Positions 19,790 through 28,992 of a DNA stretch of 64,000 nt are shown here, piece by piece. The DNA is taken from assembly GCA_039800165.1 (NCBI GenBank), contig JBDLRH010000027.1:368-64367 (forward strand). The letters run 5' to 3'. The stretch comes from Pseudomonadota bacterium. GTDB lineage: Bacteria > Pseudomonadota > Gammaproteobacteria > Burkholderiales > Burkholderiaceae_C. How positions within the stretch are numbered: the first letter of the stretch is position 1; each line of letters starts with the position of its first letter. The notes under the pieces are model-generated. The model was given only the letters and a program-made list of their open reading frames with translations. It did not search any database and was not told where the DNA came from. The translations under genes and the position numbers were made by a program.

Positions 19790-19950
19790 GGCGGGCGGGA
19801 TTGTCGCAGGCGGGTGGCTGCCCGCTGGCCCGGGCGTTGCGCCCGTGCTGGTCAGCCCCGGCGGCTGGTGCCACAATGGTCGGCCGAGCCTGGCTGCAGG
19901 CGGCTGGTGGCCGCCGCAACCGGTGCCCCGCATTCCACAAGGAGACCGAG

Positions 19951-21327
19951 ATGGCCCAGATCGACTTCAACATGGACAACCAGTGGCTGCCGTTCACCCC
20001 GAACCGCCACTTCAAGAAAGAGCCGCGCGTGTTCGTCGGTGCCGACGGCATGCACTTCACCACGCATAACGGCCGCAAGGTGGTCGACGGCATTTCCAGC
20101 CTGTGGTGCGTCGGCGCAGGCCACAACCGCAAGCCGATCAACGAAGCGATCAAGAAGCAGCTCGACACGCTGGACTACGCCACCGCCTTCCAGGCCAGCA
20201 ACGACCAGGCCTTCAAGGCCGCCGAGATGATTGCCGCGATGGCGCCCGGCGACCTCAACAAGGTGCTGTTCTGCAACTCGGGCTCGGAAGCCGCCGACAC
20301 CGCGATGAAGGTGGCGCTGGCCTACCACCGCGCGCGCGGCGAAGGCCACCGCAACGTGTTCATCGGTCGCGAGCGCGGCTACCACGGCGTGGGCTTTGGC
20401 GGCATGTCGGTCGGTGGCATCCCGGCCAACCGCAAGGTGTTCGGCACCGCGCTGCTGCCGCGGGTGGACCACCTGCGCTTCATCCACGACCCGGTCAACC
20501 ACGCGTACATCCACCACCAGGAGCCGGAGTGGAAAGAGGACATCCTGACCGAGCTGGAAAACCGCATCCTGCCGCTGCACGACCCGTCCAACGTGGCTGC
20601 GGTCATCGTCGAGCCGGTGGCCGGCAGCGCAGGCTGGTACCTGCCGCCCAAGGGCTACCTCAAGCGCCTGCGCGAGATCTGCGATAAGCACGGCATCCTG
20701 CTGATCTTCGATGAGGTGATCACCGGCTTCGGTCGCTTGGGCACCAACTTCGGCGCCGACTTCTACGGCGTGGTGCCCGACATGCTGAACTTCGCCAAGT
20801 GCGTGACCAACGGCGTGATTCCGATGGGCGGCGTGATCTGTCGCGACAAGATCTACGACCAGCTGATGAACGGCCCCGAGCACATCATCGAGTTCTTCCA
20901 CGGCTACACCTACTCGGGCCACCCGGTGGCCTGCGCCGCGGCGATTGCCACGCTGGACCTGATGAAGCAGGAGAACCTGTTCGAGCGCGCAGGCCAGATG
21001 GGCAAGGTGCTGGGCGATGCGATGCATGCCACCTTCAAGGGCATGCCCAATGTGGTGGGCATCCGTACCATGGGCCTGGCCGGTGCGGTGGAGCTCACCG
21101 GCTATCCGGGGCTGCCCGGCAAGCGCGCCTACGACATCTTCCTGGACTGCTTCCAGAAGGGTGTGCTGGTGCGCCCGGCCGGCGAGAACCTGGTTCTGTG
21201 CCCGCCCTACATCGTCGAGAAGTCGCACATCGACCAGCTGGTGTCGACGCTGGCCGATGCGATCCGCCGCAACGCGGACGCGAACGCCGCGCCGGTGGCA
21301 CCGGCCAAGCAGCCGGTCAGCGCCTGA
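19951..21327 (+). CDS. class-III (omega) aminotransferase, beta-alanine/omega-amino acid:pyruvate type
   Basis: AAGGAGA ribosome-binding site. LLIFDEVITGFGRLG and YTYSGHP motifs. Confidence 0.85.
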   Translation: MAQIDFNMDNQWLPFTPNRHFKKEPRVFVGADGMHFTTHNGRKVVDGISSLWCVGAGHNRKPINEAIKKQLDTLDYATAFQASNDQAFKAAEMIAAMAPGDLNKVLFCNSGSEAADTAMKVALAYHRARGEGHRNVFIGRERGYHGVGFGGMSVGGIPANRKVFGTALLPRVDHLRFIHDPVNHAYIHHQEPEWKEDILTELENRILPLHDPSNVAAVIVEPVAGSAGWYLPPKGYLKRLREICDKHGILLIFDEVITGFGRLGTNFGADFYGVVPDMLNFAKCVTNGVIPMGGVICRDKIYDQLMNGPEHIIEFFHGYTYSGHPVACAAAIATLDLMKQENLFERAGQMGKVLGDAMHATFKGMPNVVGIRTMGLAGAVELTGYPGLPGKRAYDIFLDCFQKGVLVRPAGENLVLCPPYIVEKSHIDQLVSTLADAIRRNADANAAPVAPAKQPVSA

Positions 21328-22155
21328 TCACTCCTTGCCGCGCGGCTTGAACTGCTCGCGCAGTTCGGCGCAGTAGTCGCGCGGCGGCAGCGCCGCGGTG
21401 CGCCGCACCTCGTCGGCGGGCTGCAGCGACGCCGGCGGCGGCGCATTGCCTGCCTGCAGCCACAGCACTTTCAGCGACGCCGCTGCCACGCCCAGATGCC
21501 GCGGCACGCCGATGTCGCGCAGCACATGGCCGCCGCCTGCCACCAGCACCACGGTGCCCGGCAAGGCTGCGGTCGGTGGCATCAGCGACTGCAGCGTGCG
21601 CGCCATCTGCCGGTCGCGCGCGATCTGGATGCGCGTCATTGGCGCGATCTGCGACTCGGGCAGCAGCCCGCAGTGGCCGTCGCGCACCGCGGTGCGCTGC
21701 GCGCTCAGCGCGCTGGCGTCAAGCGTGCCGTCCAGAGCTGCATCGGCCATCGCAGCGCGCATCTGCGCGCGCGGCAGGTTGGCGCCAAACACCGGCACGC
21801 CCGCACGCACCGCTGCCATCACCACCGGCGCGTAGGCGGCCCAGGGCCAGCCGGCGTCGTTCCAGCGCAGCCGCTCGCGCACGGCAGCCTCGGGCGCATC
21901 GGCGCCCAGGCCGCGGGTGTCGTTGCCGGCCTCGGCCATCTCGAGCGCCAGTGCAGCCAGCCGCCCCTCGCGCGCGAGCGTGCTCACCGTCTCGGCCTGG
22001 ATGCGCTGGTGCTCGCTGGCGTCGTGTTGCTCGCCGATCAGCAGCCACGCGTGCGGCGCGGGGCCACCCACGCTGGCGCAGCCGGCCAGCAGCGTGGCGC
22101 TGGCCAGCAGGGCAGTAACCACGGTGACGCGCAGGCGGCTTGACGGCACAGGCAT
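21328..22155 (-). CDS. ChaN-family (haem-binding, Tiki-like) lipoprotein
   Basis: Lipobox LLAGC, then LLIGEQHDASEHQ, typical of the ChaN family. Confidence 0.7.
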   Translation of the reverse strand: MPVPSSRLRVTVVTALLASATLLAGCASVGGPAPHAWLLIGEQHDASEHQRIQAETVSTLAREGRLAALALEMAEAGNDTRGLGADAPEAAVRERLRWNDAGWPWAAYAPVVMAAVRAGVPVFGANLPRAQMRAAMADAALDGTLDASALSAQRTAVRDGHCGLLPESQIAPMTRIQIARDRQMARTLQSLMPPTAALPGTVVLVAGGGHVLRDIGVPRHLGVAAASLKVLWLQAGNAPPPASLQPADEVRRTAALPPRDYCAELREQFKPRGKE

Positions 22156-23272
22156 GGACGCAGAATACCGCGTGCCTTCGCTGTCCCCGGTTGCCCAGTG
22201 GCCGTACGCGGTGCGTGCGGCGCTCACGCTGCTGATCGCGTGGGCGGCGGCCGAGCTGTGCGTGGCGCTGCGCACGCCGATCCCGTGGATGATCGGCCCG
22301 CTGCTGGCCACCGGCATCGTGTCGGTGCTGCGCGGTCCCACCGAAAGCTGGGCGCCGCTGCGCAATGCCGGGCAGTGGACCATCGGCACCGCGCTGGGCC
22401 TGTACTTCACGCCCCAGGTCACCGCACTGGTGGGCGGGCTGTGGTGGGCCATTCTTGCGGGCATCGTCTGGGCACTGGTGCTGGGCTGGGGCTTCTCGGC
22501 GTGGCTGCACCGGCGGCATGCAGCGCTGTACGGCGGCACGCCGGCGCAGCAGCGCGCCACCAGCTACTTTGCCGGTGCGATCGGCGGCGCGTCCGAGATG
22601 ACGCTGCTGGCCGAGCGCGAGGGCGCACGCACCGATCTGGTGGCTGCATCGCACAGCCTGCGCCTGTTGATCGTCACGGTGTCGCTGCCGTTTGCCTTCA
22701 CCTTCAGCGGCCTGCAGGGCATCGATCTCACGCCGCCCGGCCCGCGCGAGGCGCAGTGGCCGGGCCTGGCGTGGCTGGCGCTGTGCACGCTGGGCGGCAT
22801 CGGGGTGATGATGGTCTTGCGGCGCGCCAACCCGTGGTTCATGGGTGCGCTGGTGGTGTCGATGGGCCTGACGATGTCGGGCATCAGCTTCAGCGCCGTG
22901 CCCACCGCGCTGACCAACGCCGCGCAGCTGTTCATCGGCGTGAGCCTGGGGGTGCGCTTCACCCCGCGCTTCCTGCACACCGCACCGCGCTGGCTGGCGT
23001 CGGTGGCGTTGGGCACGGTGGTGATGATCGTGCTATGCGCGGGCTTTGCCGCGCTGCTGTCGTGGGGCACCGACATCCATCCGGCCACGCTGGTGCTGGG
23101 CACCTCACCCGGCGGCATTGCCGAGATGGCGATCACCGCCAAGGTGCTGCAGCTCGGCGTGCCGGTGGTGACCGCGTTTCAGGTGTGCCGGCTGGTGGCG
23201 GTGCTGGTGCTCGCCGAGCCGGTGTTCCGGTGGCTGGCGCGACGCGGTGCGCCGACGCGCGGCCAGGCGTGA
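22154..23272 (+). CDS. AbrB-family membrane protein (duplicated AbrB/AmoA-like domain)
   Basis: Polytopic protein with two similar halves containing PIPWMIGPLL and SPGGIAEMAITA motifs. Confidence 0.7.
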   Translation: MDAEYRVPSLSPVAQWPYAVRAALTLLIAWAAAELCVALRTPIPWMIGPLLATGIVSVLRGPTESWAPLRNAGQWTIGTALGLYFTPQVTALVGGLWWAILAGIVWALVLGWGFSAWLHRRHAALYGGTPAQQRATSYFAGAIGGASEMTLLAEREGARTDLVAASHSLRLLIVTVSLPFAFTFSGLQGIDLTPPGPREAQWPGLAWLALCTLGGIGVMMVLRRANPWFMGALVVSMGLTMSGISFSAVPTALTNAAQLFIGVSLGVRFTPRFLHTAPRWLASVALGTVVMIVLCAGFAALLSWGTDIHPATLVLGTSPGGIAEMAITAKVLQLGVPVVTAFQVCRLVAVLVLAEPVFRWLARRGAPTRGQA

Positions 23273-23288
23273 ACCAGAAGGCGCTGCC

Positions 23289-23570
23289 TCAGTGCAGCAG
23301 CACCGGCGTGTGCGCCAGCGCCGCGTAGCGGTCCAGCGTCTCTTCGACTTCTTCCTGCGACGGCGTGTTTTGCTGCCACGCCAGGATCTGCTGCTGGAAC
23401 AGCTCGGCCCACGAACCGTCGAGGAAGACCTCCTTGTTGGAGCGCTTGTCGACGATCTCAAAGCCGTGGCGCGCCAGCGCGGGGTGCCCTTCGGGCTGCG
23501 GGTCCTGCTCGAACGCGCCAGCCTGCAGATGCATCACCGCGAAGGATTCGGAGTCGTAGAGCATGTTCAT
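23289..23570 (-). CDS. DUF3567-family small protein
   Basis: MNMLYDSESFAVMHL...FEIVDK... Paired with a DUF3108 gene upstream, as I recall is usual in Burkholderiales. Confidence 0.7.
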   Translation of the reverse strand: MNMLYDSESFAVMHLQAGAFEQDPQPEGHPALARHGFEIVDKRSNKEVFLDGSWAELFQQQILAWQQNTPSQEEVEETLDRYAALAHTPVLLH

Positions 23571-23633
23571 GACCCCAATCTAGCAATGTCTGCGCCAGTT
23601 TCAAGGGCCCGGCCCATCACGGCCCAAGGTCTT

Positions 23634-24834
23634 TCACGGACTGTCGCGTGAGAGCCACTGCTGGTCGACCACATCGCCGTTGCCCTGGGTGATGCGCACC
23701 CGCGCCGGCAGGTGGTCCAGCGTGGGTGCCAGCCACACCTCGATGTGCTGGTCGTAGTCGCGCCGCGGCAGCCGCTCGAGCTTGAGCGCCTGTATCGGGC
23801 CGCCGGGCAGCTGCAGCGACTCGGTGCCGACCACGCGGAACGACCACAGGTCGGCCTCGCGCGTGCCGGCGGTCTGGATCTGGATCTGCGTGCCCGCAGG
23901 GTAGCGCTGCCCATCGCCGCCGATCATCGCGCCGAGCTGCAGCAGCACGCTCAGGCGGTCTTGCGCACCGGGGCGCAGCGGCGCGTCGGGCGCGTTGCTG
24001 CTGAAGCTGATGACGCCCTTGTCGCGCTGGAAGTGCGCGGCCTGCTCGCTGCGGTAGCGGTCGCCAAAGCGCAGCGGCGCGATGCCGTCGCCGGTGATGC
24101 GGCCGCGGCTGGTCTGGGTGCGCGCGCCCAGCAGCCAGGCGCTGACCTCCAGCCGCGCGTCGTACTGCTGGCCGTCGTGCTGCCACGACAGGCTGGCATT
24201 CACCTGATACGGCCGCCCGCGCGATTCGCCGCGCACGATGTAGCGCAAGCGCGTCGAGCCAGGTATCGCCAGCGGCCCGATGGCAGAACCCGCCACGGAA
24301 GCCGCCGCAGCGGGTGCGGGCAGGGCGGCCGGTGCCGGGGTGGTGTGGGGCGCTGCATCGGCCGCGCTGTCGGCGCCGGCCGCACTGATCGGCGCCGTGC
24401 TGGTGGGTGTTGTGGGGGGGGCGTGCGGTGCTCGCCACGTCGGCCGAGGAAGCCGCCGGTACCGTTGCAACCGACGCGGCATCGATGGACGCGCCCTCTA
24501 CACGCGGCCCGGTGCGATCGGGTGTGTCGGCTCGGCTCGGTGGACTTGGTGGGCTCGGTGAGCTCGGTGTGGCACGGGCAGAGGGCGCCGATGATGCAGG
24601 GCCTTTGGATGGTGCGGATGGTGCGGATGGTGTGGATGTCGTCAGGGCCGGGGTCGCCTCGATGCGGCGCAGGCTCAGCACCGGCTGCCTCGGCGCACCC
24701 GGGGCGTCGATCAGGCTGCCAGCACCGCTGCGCATCCACTCGGGCAGGCGTTGCAGCGCCCACAGATGCACCAGCACCACCACCACCGTGCACCACAGCA
24801 GGGCGCGCGGCGGCCGCAGTTCCATCGCTTGCAC
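23634..24834 (-). pseudogene. DUF3108-domain protein, reading frame broken at a C8 homopolymer
   Basis: N-terminal TM plus Ser/Pro linker is in the frame of ORF 23617..24834. The DUF3108 body (RLRYIVRGES...QWLSRDSP) is in the frame of ORF 23634..24482. The switch is at G8 24414-24421. Confidence 0.75.
24607..24642 (-). repeat. 9-bp in-frame tandem repeat (GGATGGTGC x3 plus one degenerate copy) in the linker of the DUF3108 gene
   Basis: Read directly from the sequence. Encodes (S/T)-A/T-P repeats (STPSAPSAPS). Confidence 0.8.
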
Positions 24835-24838
24835 CCGC

Positions 24839-25735
24839 TCAGGCGACCGCGCGCCAGCCCAGGTCCGACGACAGCGTGGTGGCAGTGCGCGTGAGCGCGC
24901 GATGCACCGCGCCGTTCCAGCGCGCGTCGAAGCTTGTGCCCGAGCCCAGCGTCACCAGGCCCAGCGCGATGTGCGCATCGGCGTCGAACACCGGCGCGCA
25001 AAAGCCGGTCACGCCCGGCAGCAGCGTGTCGATCACCCGCGCCGCGCCGTGCGAGCGCACCTCGTCGAGCAGCGCACGCGCCTCGGCCAGCGTGCCTGGC
25101 AGGTCGCTGCGCCCGGCCTTGTGGGCGCGATCGATTTCGGCGCGCAGCATCGGCACGATCGCATCCCACGACACCCAGGCGGCAAAACAGCGCCCGGTGG
25201 CCGACGACAAGAGCGGCATCACGTCGCCCAGCCGCAGGTTCACCGTGACCGCCTGCGGCGATTCTTCCCAGTGCACCACGGTCGGCCCGTGGTTGCCCCA
25301 CACCGCCACCGCCACCGTGTGGCCGATCTCCTGCATCAGCGCATGCGCCCGCTCGCGCGCCATGCGCACCGCGTCCAGCCGCGACAGCGACGCCAGCCCG
25401 AGCTTGAGCGCCGCCGGCCCGAGGTCGTAGCGGGTGGAGGCGCTGTCCTGCACCACCAGCTGCATGCGCTGAAAGCTCACCAGATAGCGGTGCGCCTTGG
25501 CCGCGCTCATGCCGGCCGCGGCAGCCAGGTCGCGCAGCATCAGCGGGCCGTTGGCGCGTGCCAATGCATCCAGCAGCGCAAAGCCGACCTCCACCGACTG
25601 GATGCCGGCGCGCTCGGCGCTGGCGCGCGCGGGTGTGCCTGTGGGTGTGCGTGTGGATGTGCGTGTGGATGTGCGCGTGGGTGCGGGCCTGGCGGGGGGC
25701 GCGGCCGCGGGTGAGGAGCGTGAACGGTTGGGCAC
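24839..25735 (-). CDS. IclR-family transcriptional regulator
   Basis: HTH (LRDLAAAAGMSAAKAHRYL) plus IclR effector domain (ATGRCFAAW, PGVTGFCAPVFD). Stop lies 4 nt before the DUF3108 start. Confidence 0.85.
   Translation of the reverse strand: MPNRSRSSPAAAPPARPAPTRTSTRTSTRTPTGTPARASAERAGIQSVEVGFALLDALARANGPLMLRDLAAAAGMSAAKAHRYLVSFQRMQLVVQDSASTRYDLGPAALKLGLASLSRLDAVRMARERAHALMQEIGHTVAVAVWGNHGPTVVHWEESPQAVTVNLRLGDVMPLLSSATGRCFAAWVSWDAIVPMLRAEIDRAHKAGRSDLPGTLAEARALLDEVRSHGAARVIDTLLPGVTGFCAPVFDADAHIALGLVTLGSGTSFDARWNGAVHRALTRTATTLSSDLGWRAVA
25635..25682 (-). repeat. 12-bp in-frame tandem repeat x4 in the N-terminal tail of the IclR gene
   Basis: GTGCCTGTGGGT GTGCGTGTGGAT GTGCGTGTGGAT GTGCGCGTGGGT. 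Encodes PTRTSTRTSTRTPTGT. Confidence 0.85.
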
Positions 25736-25778
25736 GGGCAGAAGACGGTGGCTGCAGGGCGTGGAACGGCTGGGCTAG

Positions 25779-25802
25779 AATTTCGTTTAGGTAAACGAAT
25801 TT
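25779..25802. promoter_or_regulatory. AT-rich palindrome (candidate IclR operator) next to a TAGAAT -10-like box
   Basis: AATTTCGTTTA-GG-TAAACGAATTT (perfect 8-bp arms TTCGTTTA/TAAACGAA) in the iclR/FAH divergent region. TAGAAT lies at 25776-25781. Confidence 0.5.
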
Positions 25803-25887
25803 ACCAATGCGTAATTGTCGCCGCAACTGCCGCGCAGGCGGTCAATGCGACCTGTGGCGCGTTGGCAGCGGCCCCGGAGACCCCCGA

Positions 25888-26898
25888 ATGAAACTCGCCA
25901 CCTACAAGGACGGCTCGCGCGACGGACAGCTCGTCGTCGTCTCGCGTGACCTGAGCCAAGCCCATTATGCGACCGGCATTGCCGATACCTTGCAGCAGGC
26001 GCTGGACGACTGGAACTTCATCAGCCCGCAACTGCAGGACCTGTACCTCACGCTCAACGGCGGCAAGGCGCGCCACGCGTTTGCCTTCGATCCGAAGATG
26101 TGCATGGCGCCGCTGCCGCGCGCCTTCCAGTGGGCCGATGGCTCGGCCTACATCAACCATGTGGAGCTGGTGCGCCGCGCGCGCAACGCCGAGGTGCCCA
26201 AGACCTTCTACACCGACCCGCTGATGTACCAGGGCGGCAGCGACGACTTCATCGGCGCGTGCGACGACGTGGTGTGCCCGAGCGAGGAATTCGGCATCGA
26301 CTTCGAGGCCGAGGTGGCGGTGATCACCGGCGACGTGGCGATGGGTACCGATGCCGATGCGGCGCTGGACGGCATCCGCCTGCTGATGATTGCCAACGAC
26401 GTGAGCCTGCGCAACCTGATCCCCGACGAGCTGGCCAAGGGCTTCGGCTTCTTCCAGAGCAAGCCGGCCACCGCCTTCGGCCCGGTGGCCGTCACGCCCG
26501 ACGAGGTAGGCGAGGCGTGGCAAGGCGGTCGCCTGCACCTGACCGTGCAAAGCACATGGAACGGCCGCAAGGTGGGCATGTGCGAGGCCGGCCCCGAGAT
26601 GACCTTCCACTTCGGCCAGCTGATCGCCCACATCTGCAAGACGCGCAACGTGCGCGCCGGCAGCATCGTGGGCAGCGGCACCGTATCGAACAAGGGCGTG
26701 GAGAAGGACGGCCGCATGGACTGGCCCAAGGGCTACAGCTGCATCGCCGAAAAGCGCGCGATCGAGACCATCCTGGACGGCAAGCCCAGCACCGCCTTCA
26801 TGAAGTTCGGCGACACCATCCGCATCGAGGTCAAAGGCGCGGACGGGCAGAGCGTGTTCGGCGCGATCGAGCAGACGATTGCTCCCCTGACGCGCTGA
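25888..26898 (+). CDS. fumarylacetoacetate hydrolase (FAH) family protein
   Basis: MKLATYKDGSRDGQLVVVSRD... with an FAH C-terminal fold (DFEAEVAVITG, GSGTVSN). Confidence 0.85.
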   Translation: MKLATYKDGSRDGQLVVVSRDLSQAHYATGIADTLQQALDDWNFISPQLQDLYLTLNGGKARHAFAFDPKMCMAPLPRAFQWADGSAYINHVELVRRARNAEVPKTFYTDPLMYQGGSDDFIGACDDVVCPSEEFGIDFEAEVAVITGDVAMGTDADAALDGIRLLMIANDVSLRNLIPDELAKGFGFFQSKPATAFGPVAVTPDEVGEAWQGGRLHLTVQSTWNGRKVGMCEAGPEMTFHFGQLIAHICKTRNVRAGSIVGSGTVSNKGVEKDGRMDWPKGYSCIAEKRAIETILDGKPSTAFMKFGDTIRIEVKGADGQSVFGAIEQTIAPLTR

Positions 26899-26933
26899 GT
26901 GCGTCGGATTCCAGACGCCACGCGCTGAGTGCC

Positions 26934-27536
26934 TCAGCGCAGCTGCATCAGCAGCGCCTTCAGCCCGCGGATCAGCATCTCGGTGGCCACCGCCACCAGG
27001 ATCAGGCCCATCAGCCGCTCGAAGGCCAGCACCACCCGCTCGCCGATCACGCGCTGGATGCGCTCGGCCAGTACCAGCACCACCGCGCCCACCAGCATGG
27101 TGACGCTGAGCGCGCCCACCCACTCCAGCCGGCGCTGCGGCGCCTGGCTGACCAGCAGCATCACGGTGGCCATGGCCGAGGGCCCTGCGATGGCGGGGAT
27201 GGCCAGCGGCACGATCAGCGGCTCGCCCTCGGGCAGCGCCTGGGTCGACGGCGGCGGCGGAAAGATCATGCGCAGCGCGATCAGGAACAGCACCACGCCG
27301 CCTGCGATCTGCAGCGAGATGTCGGACAGGTTCATCAGCCGCAGGAAGCGGTCGCCGAAGAACATGAACAGCAGCAACACGGCAAAGGCGATCAGCACCT
27401 CGCGCACGATGACCCGCGTGCGCCGCTCGGGCGCCACATGGCGCAGCGCGCTGGCGAAGATCGGGATGTTGCCCAGCGGATCGGTGATGAGCAGCAGCAG
27501 GATGGTCGCCGAAGCGAAGGTGTAGGCATCGGTCAT
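26934..27536 (-). CDS. MarC-family (UPF0056) membrane protein
   Basis: [14 protein letters not shown] motif and a 6-TM profile. ATG at 27536. Confidence 0.8.
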   Translation of the reverse strand: MTDAYTFASATILLLLITDPLGNIPIFASALRHVAPERRTRVIVREVLIAFAVLLLFMFFGDRFLRLMNLSDISLQIAGGVVLFLIALRMIFPPPPSTQALPEGEPLIVPLAIPAIAGPSAMATVMLLVSQAPQRRLEWVGALSVTMLVGAVVLVLAERIQRVIGERVVLAFERLMGLILVAVATEMLIRGLKALLMQLR

Positions 27537-27622
27537 GGGCCGCGCAGGATAGCGCAGCCGCGGCTCGCGGCGCGGCACAATCCGGGGCTTGTTCGCATCC
27601 GTTGCGCCCTGCGCCCCACACC

Positions 27623-28417
27623 ATGGACTACTCCCGCTACCAGACCTTCCGCATCTCGCGCCGCGGCCCCAACGATTCGGTGCTGGACATCCAGATGAAG
27701 GCGGCCAACGGCAAGCTGCCCACCGCCGGCCACGACGGCCACTGGGAACTGGCCGAGATCTGGCGCGATGTCAGCGCCGACGACAGCGTGCGCTGTGCGG
27801 TGCTGCGCGGCGAAGGCATGGGCTTTTCGGGCGGCGGTGATCTGGCGCTGGTGACCGACATGTCGCAGGACTTCGAGGTGCGCACCCGCGTCTGGAAGGA
27901 AGCGCGCGACCTGGTCTACAACGTCATCAACTGCGACAAGCCCATCGTCAGCGCGATGCATGGCCCGGCGGTCGGCGCGGGCCTGGTGGCCGGCCTGCTG
28001 GCCGACATCCCGATTGCTGCCAAGAGCGCGAAGATCGTTGACGGCCACACCCGTCTGGGCGTGGCGGCCGGCGACCACGCGGCCATCATCTGGCCGCTGC
28101 TGTGCGGCATGGCCAAGAGCAAGTACTACCTGATGCTGTGCGAGCCGCTGAGCGGCGAAGAGGCCGAGCGCATCGGCCTGGTGGCACTCGCCGTCGATGA
28201 CGACCAGCTGCTCACCAAGGCCTACGAGGTGGCCGATCGCCTGGCCAGCGGCAGCCAGACGGCGATCCGCTGGACCAAGTACGCACTCAACAACTGGCTG
28301 CGCCAGGCCGGCCCCACCTTTGACACCTCGCTGGCGCTCGAGTTCATGGGCTTTGCCGGCCCGGATGTGCGCGAGGGCGTGGCCAGCCTGCGCGAGCGTC
28401 GTCCGCCGAAGTACTGA
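27623..28417 (+). CDS. enoyl-CoA hydratase/isomerase (crotonase) family protein
   Basis: [28 protein letters not shown]. Confidence 0.8.
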   Translation: MDYSRYQTFRISRRGPNDSVLDIQMKAANGKLPTAGHDGHWELAEIWRDVSADDSVRCAVLRGEGMGFSGGGDLALVTDMSQDFEVRTRVWKEARDLVYNVINCDKPIVSAMHGPAVGAGLVAGLLADIPIAAKSAKIVDGHTRLGVAAGDHAAIIWPLLCGMAKSKYYLMLCEPLSGEEAERIGLVALAVDDDQLLTKAYEVADRLASGSQTAIRWTKYALNNWLRQAGPTFDTSLALEFMGFAGPDVREGVASLRERRPPKY

Positions 28418-28447
28418 CCCCGCTTCACCCCACGAGCTTCCTTGCCC

Positions 28448-28918
28448 ATGACCCGCAAACGCCTTCTGCTGTCCCTGATCTCCTCTGCACCGCTGCTCTG
28501 CCTTGGCCTGCCCGCTGCGGCACAGGCCCCGGCCGCCGCCGCCCCCGTCACGGTCGAAGGCGCCTGGGTGCGCCCCACCGTGCCGGGCCAAAAGGGCACC
28601 GGCGCCTTCATGCGCATCACCGCGAAAGAGGGCATGAAGCTGGTGGGCGCAACGTCGCCCGCTGCCGGCGTGACCGAGGTGCACGAAATGAAGATGGAAG
28701 GCAACGTGATGCGCATGCGCGCCATCACCGCGCTGGACCTGCCCGCAGGCCAGACGGTGGAGCTCAAGCCGGGCGGCTACCACGTGATGCTGATGGACCT
28801 GAAGGCCGCGCTGCCCAAGGACACCACGGTGCCGATCACCCTGATGCTGCGCGATGCACGTGGCGCGCAGCAGCGGCTGGAGCTGTCGGTGCCGGTGCGC
28901 AGTTCTGCGCCGGGCTGA
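28448..28918 (+). CDS. periplasmic copper chaperone PCu(A)C
   Basis: Signal peptide plus [13 protein letters not shown]...[10 protein letters not shown] (H/M copper motif). Confidence 0.8.
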   Translation: MTRKRLLLSLISSAPLLCLGLPAAAQAPAAAAPVTVEGAWVRPTVPGQKGTGAFMRITAKEGMKLVGATSPAAGVTEVHEMKMEGNVMRMRAITALDLPAGQTVELKPGGYHVMLMDLKAALPKDTTVPITLMLRDARGAQQRLELSVPVRSSAPG

Positions 28919-28992
28919 AGCCACCTTGCGGGGCTGACTGCCCCGTGCGGCTTGGGTTAAGCTGAGGTTCAACTCGGCAGCAGGAGGCGCGC

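Noticed and set aside
24530-25690. Short tandem repeats (9-bp and 12-bp units) considered as a possible CRISPR or iteron array.
   Set aside because: The units are contiguous with no spacers, far shorter than CRISPR repeats, in frame, and located inside coding low-complexity linkers.
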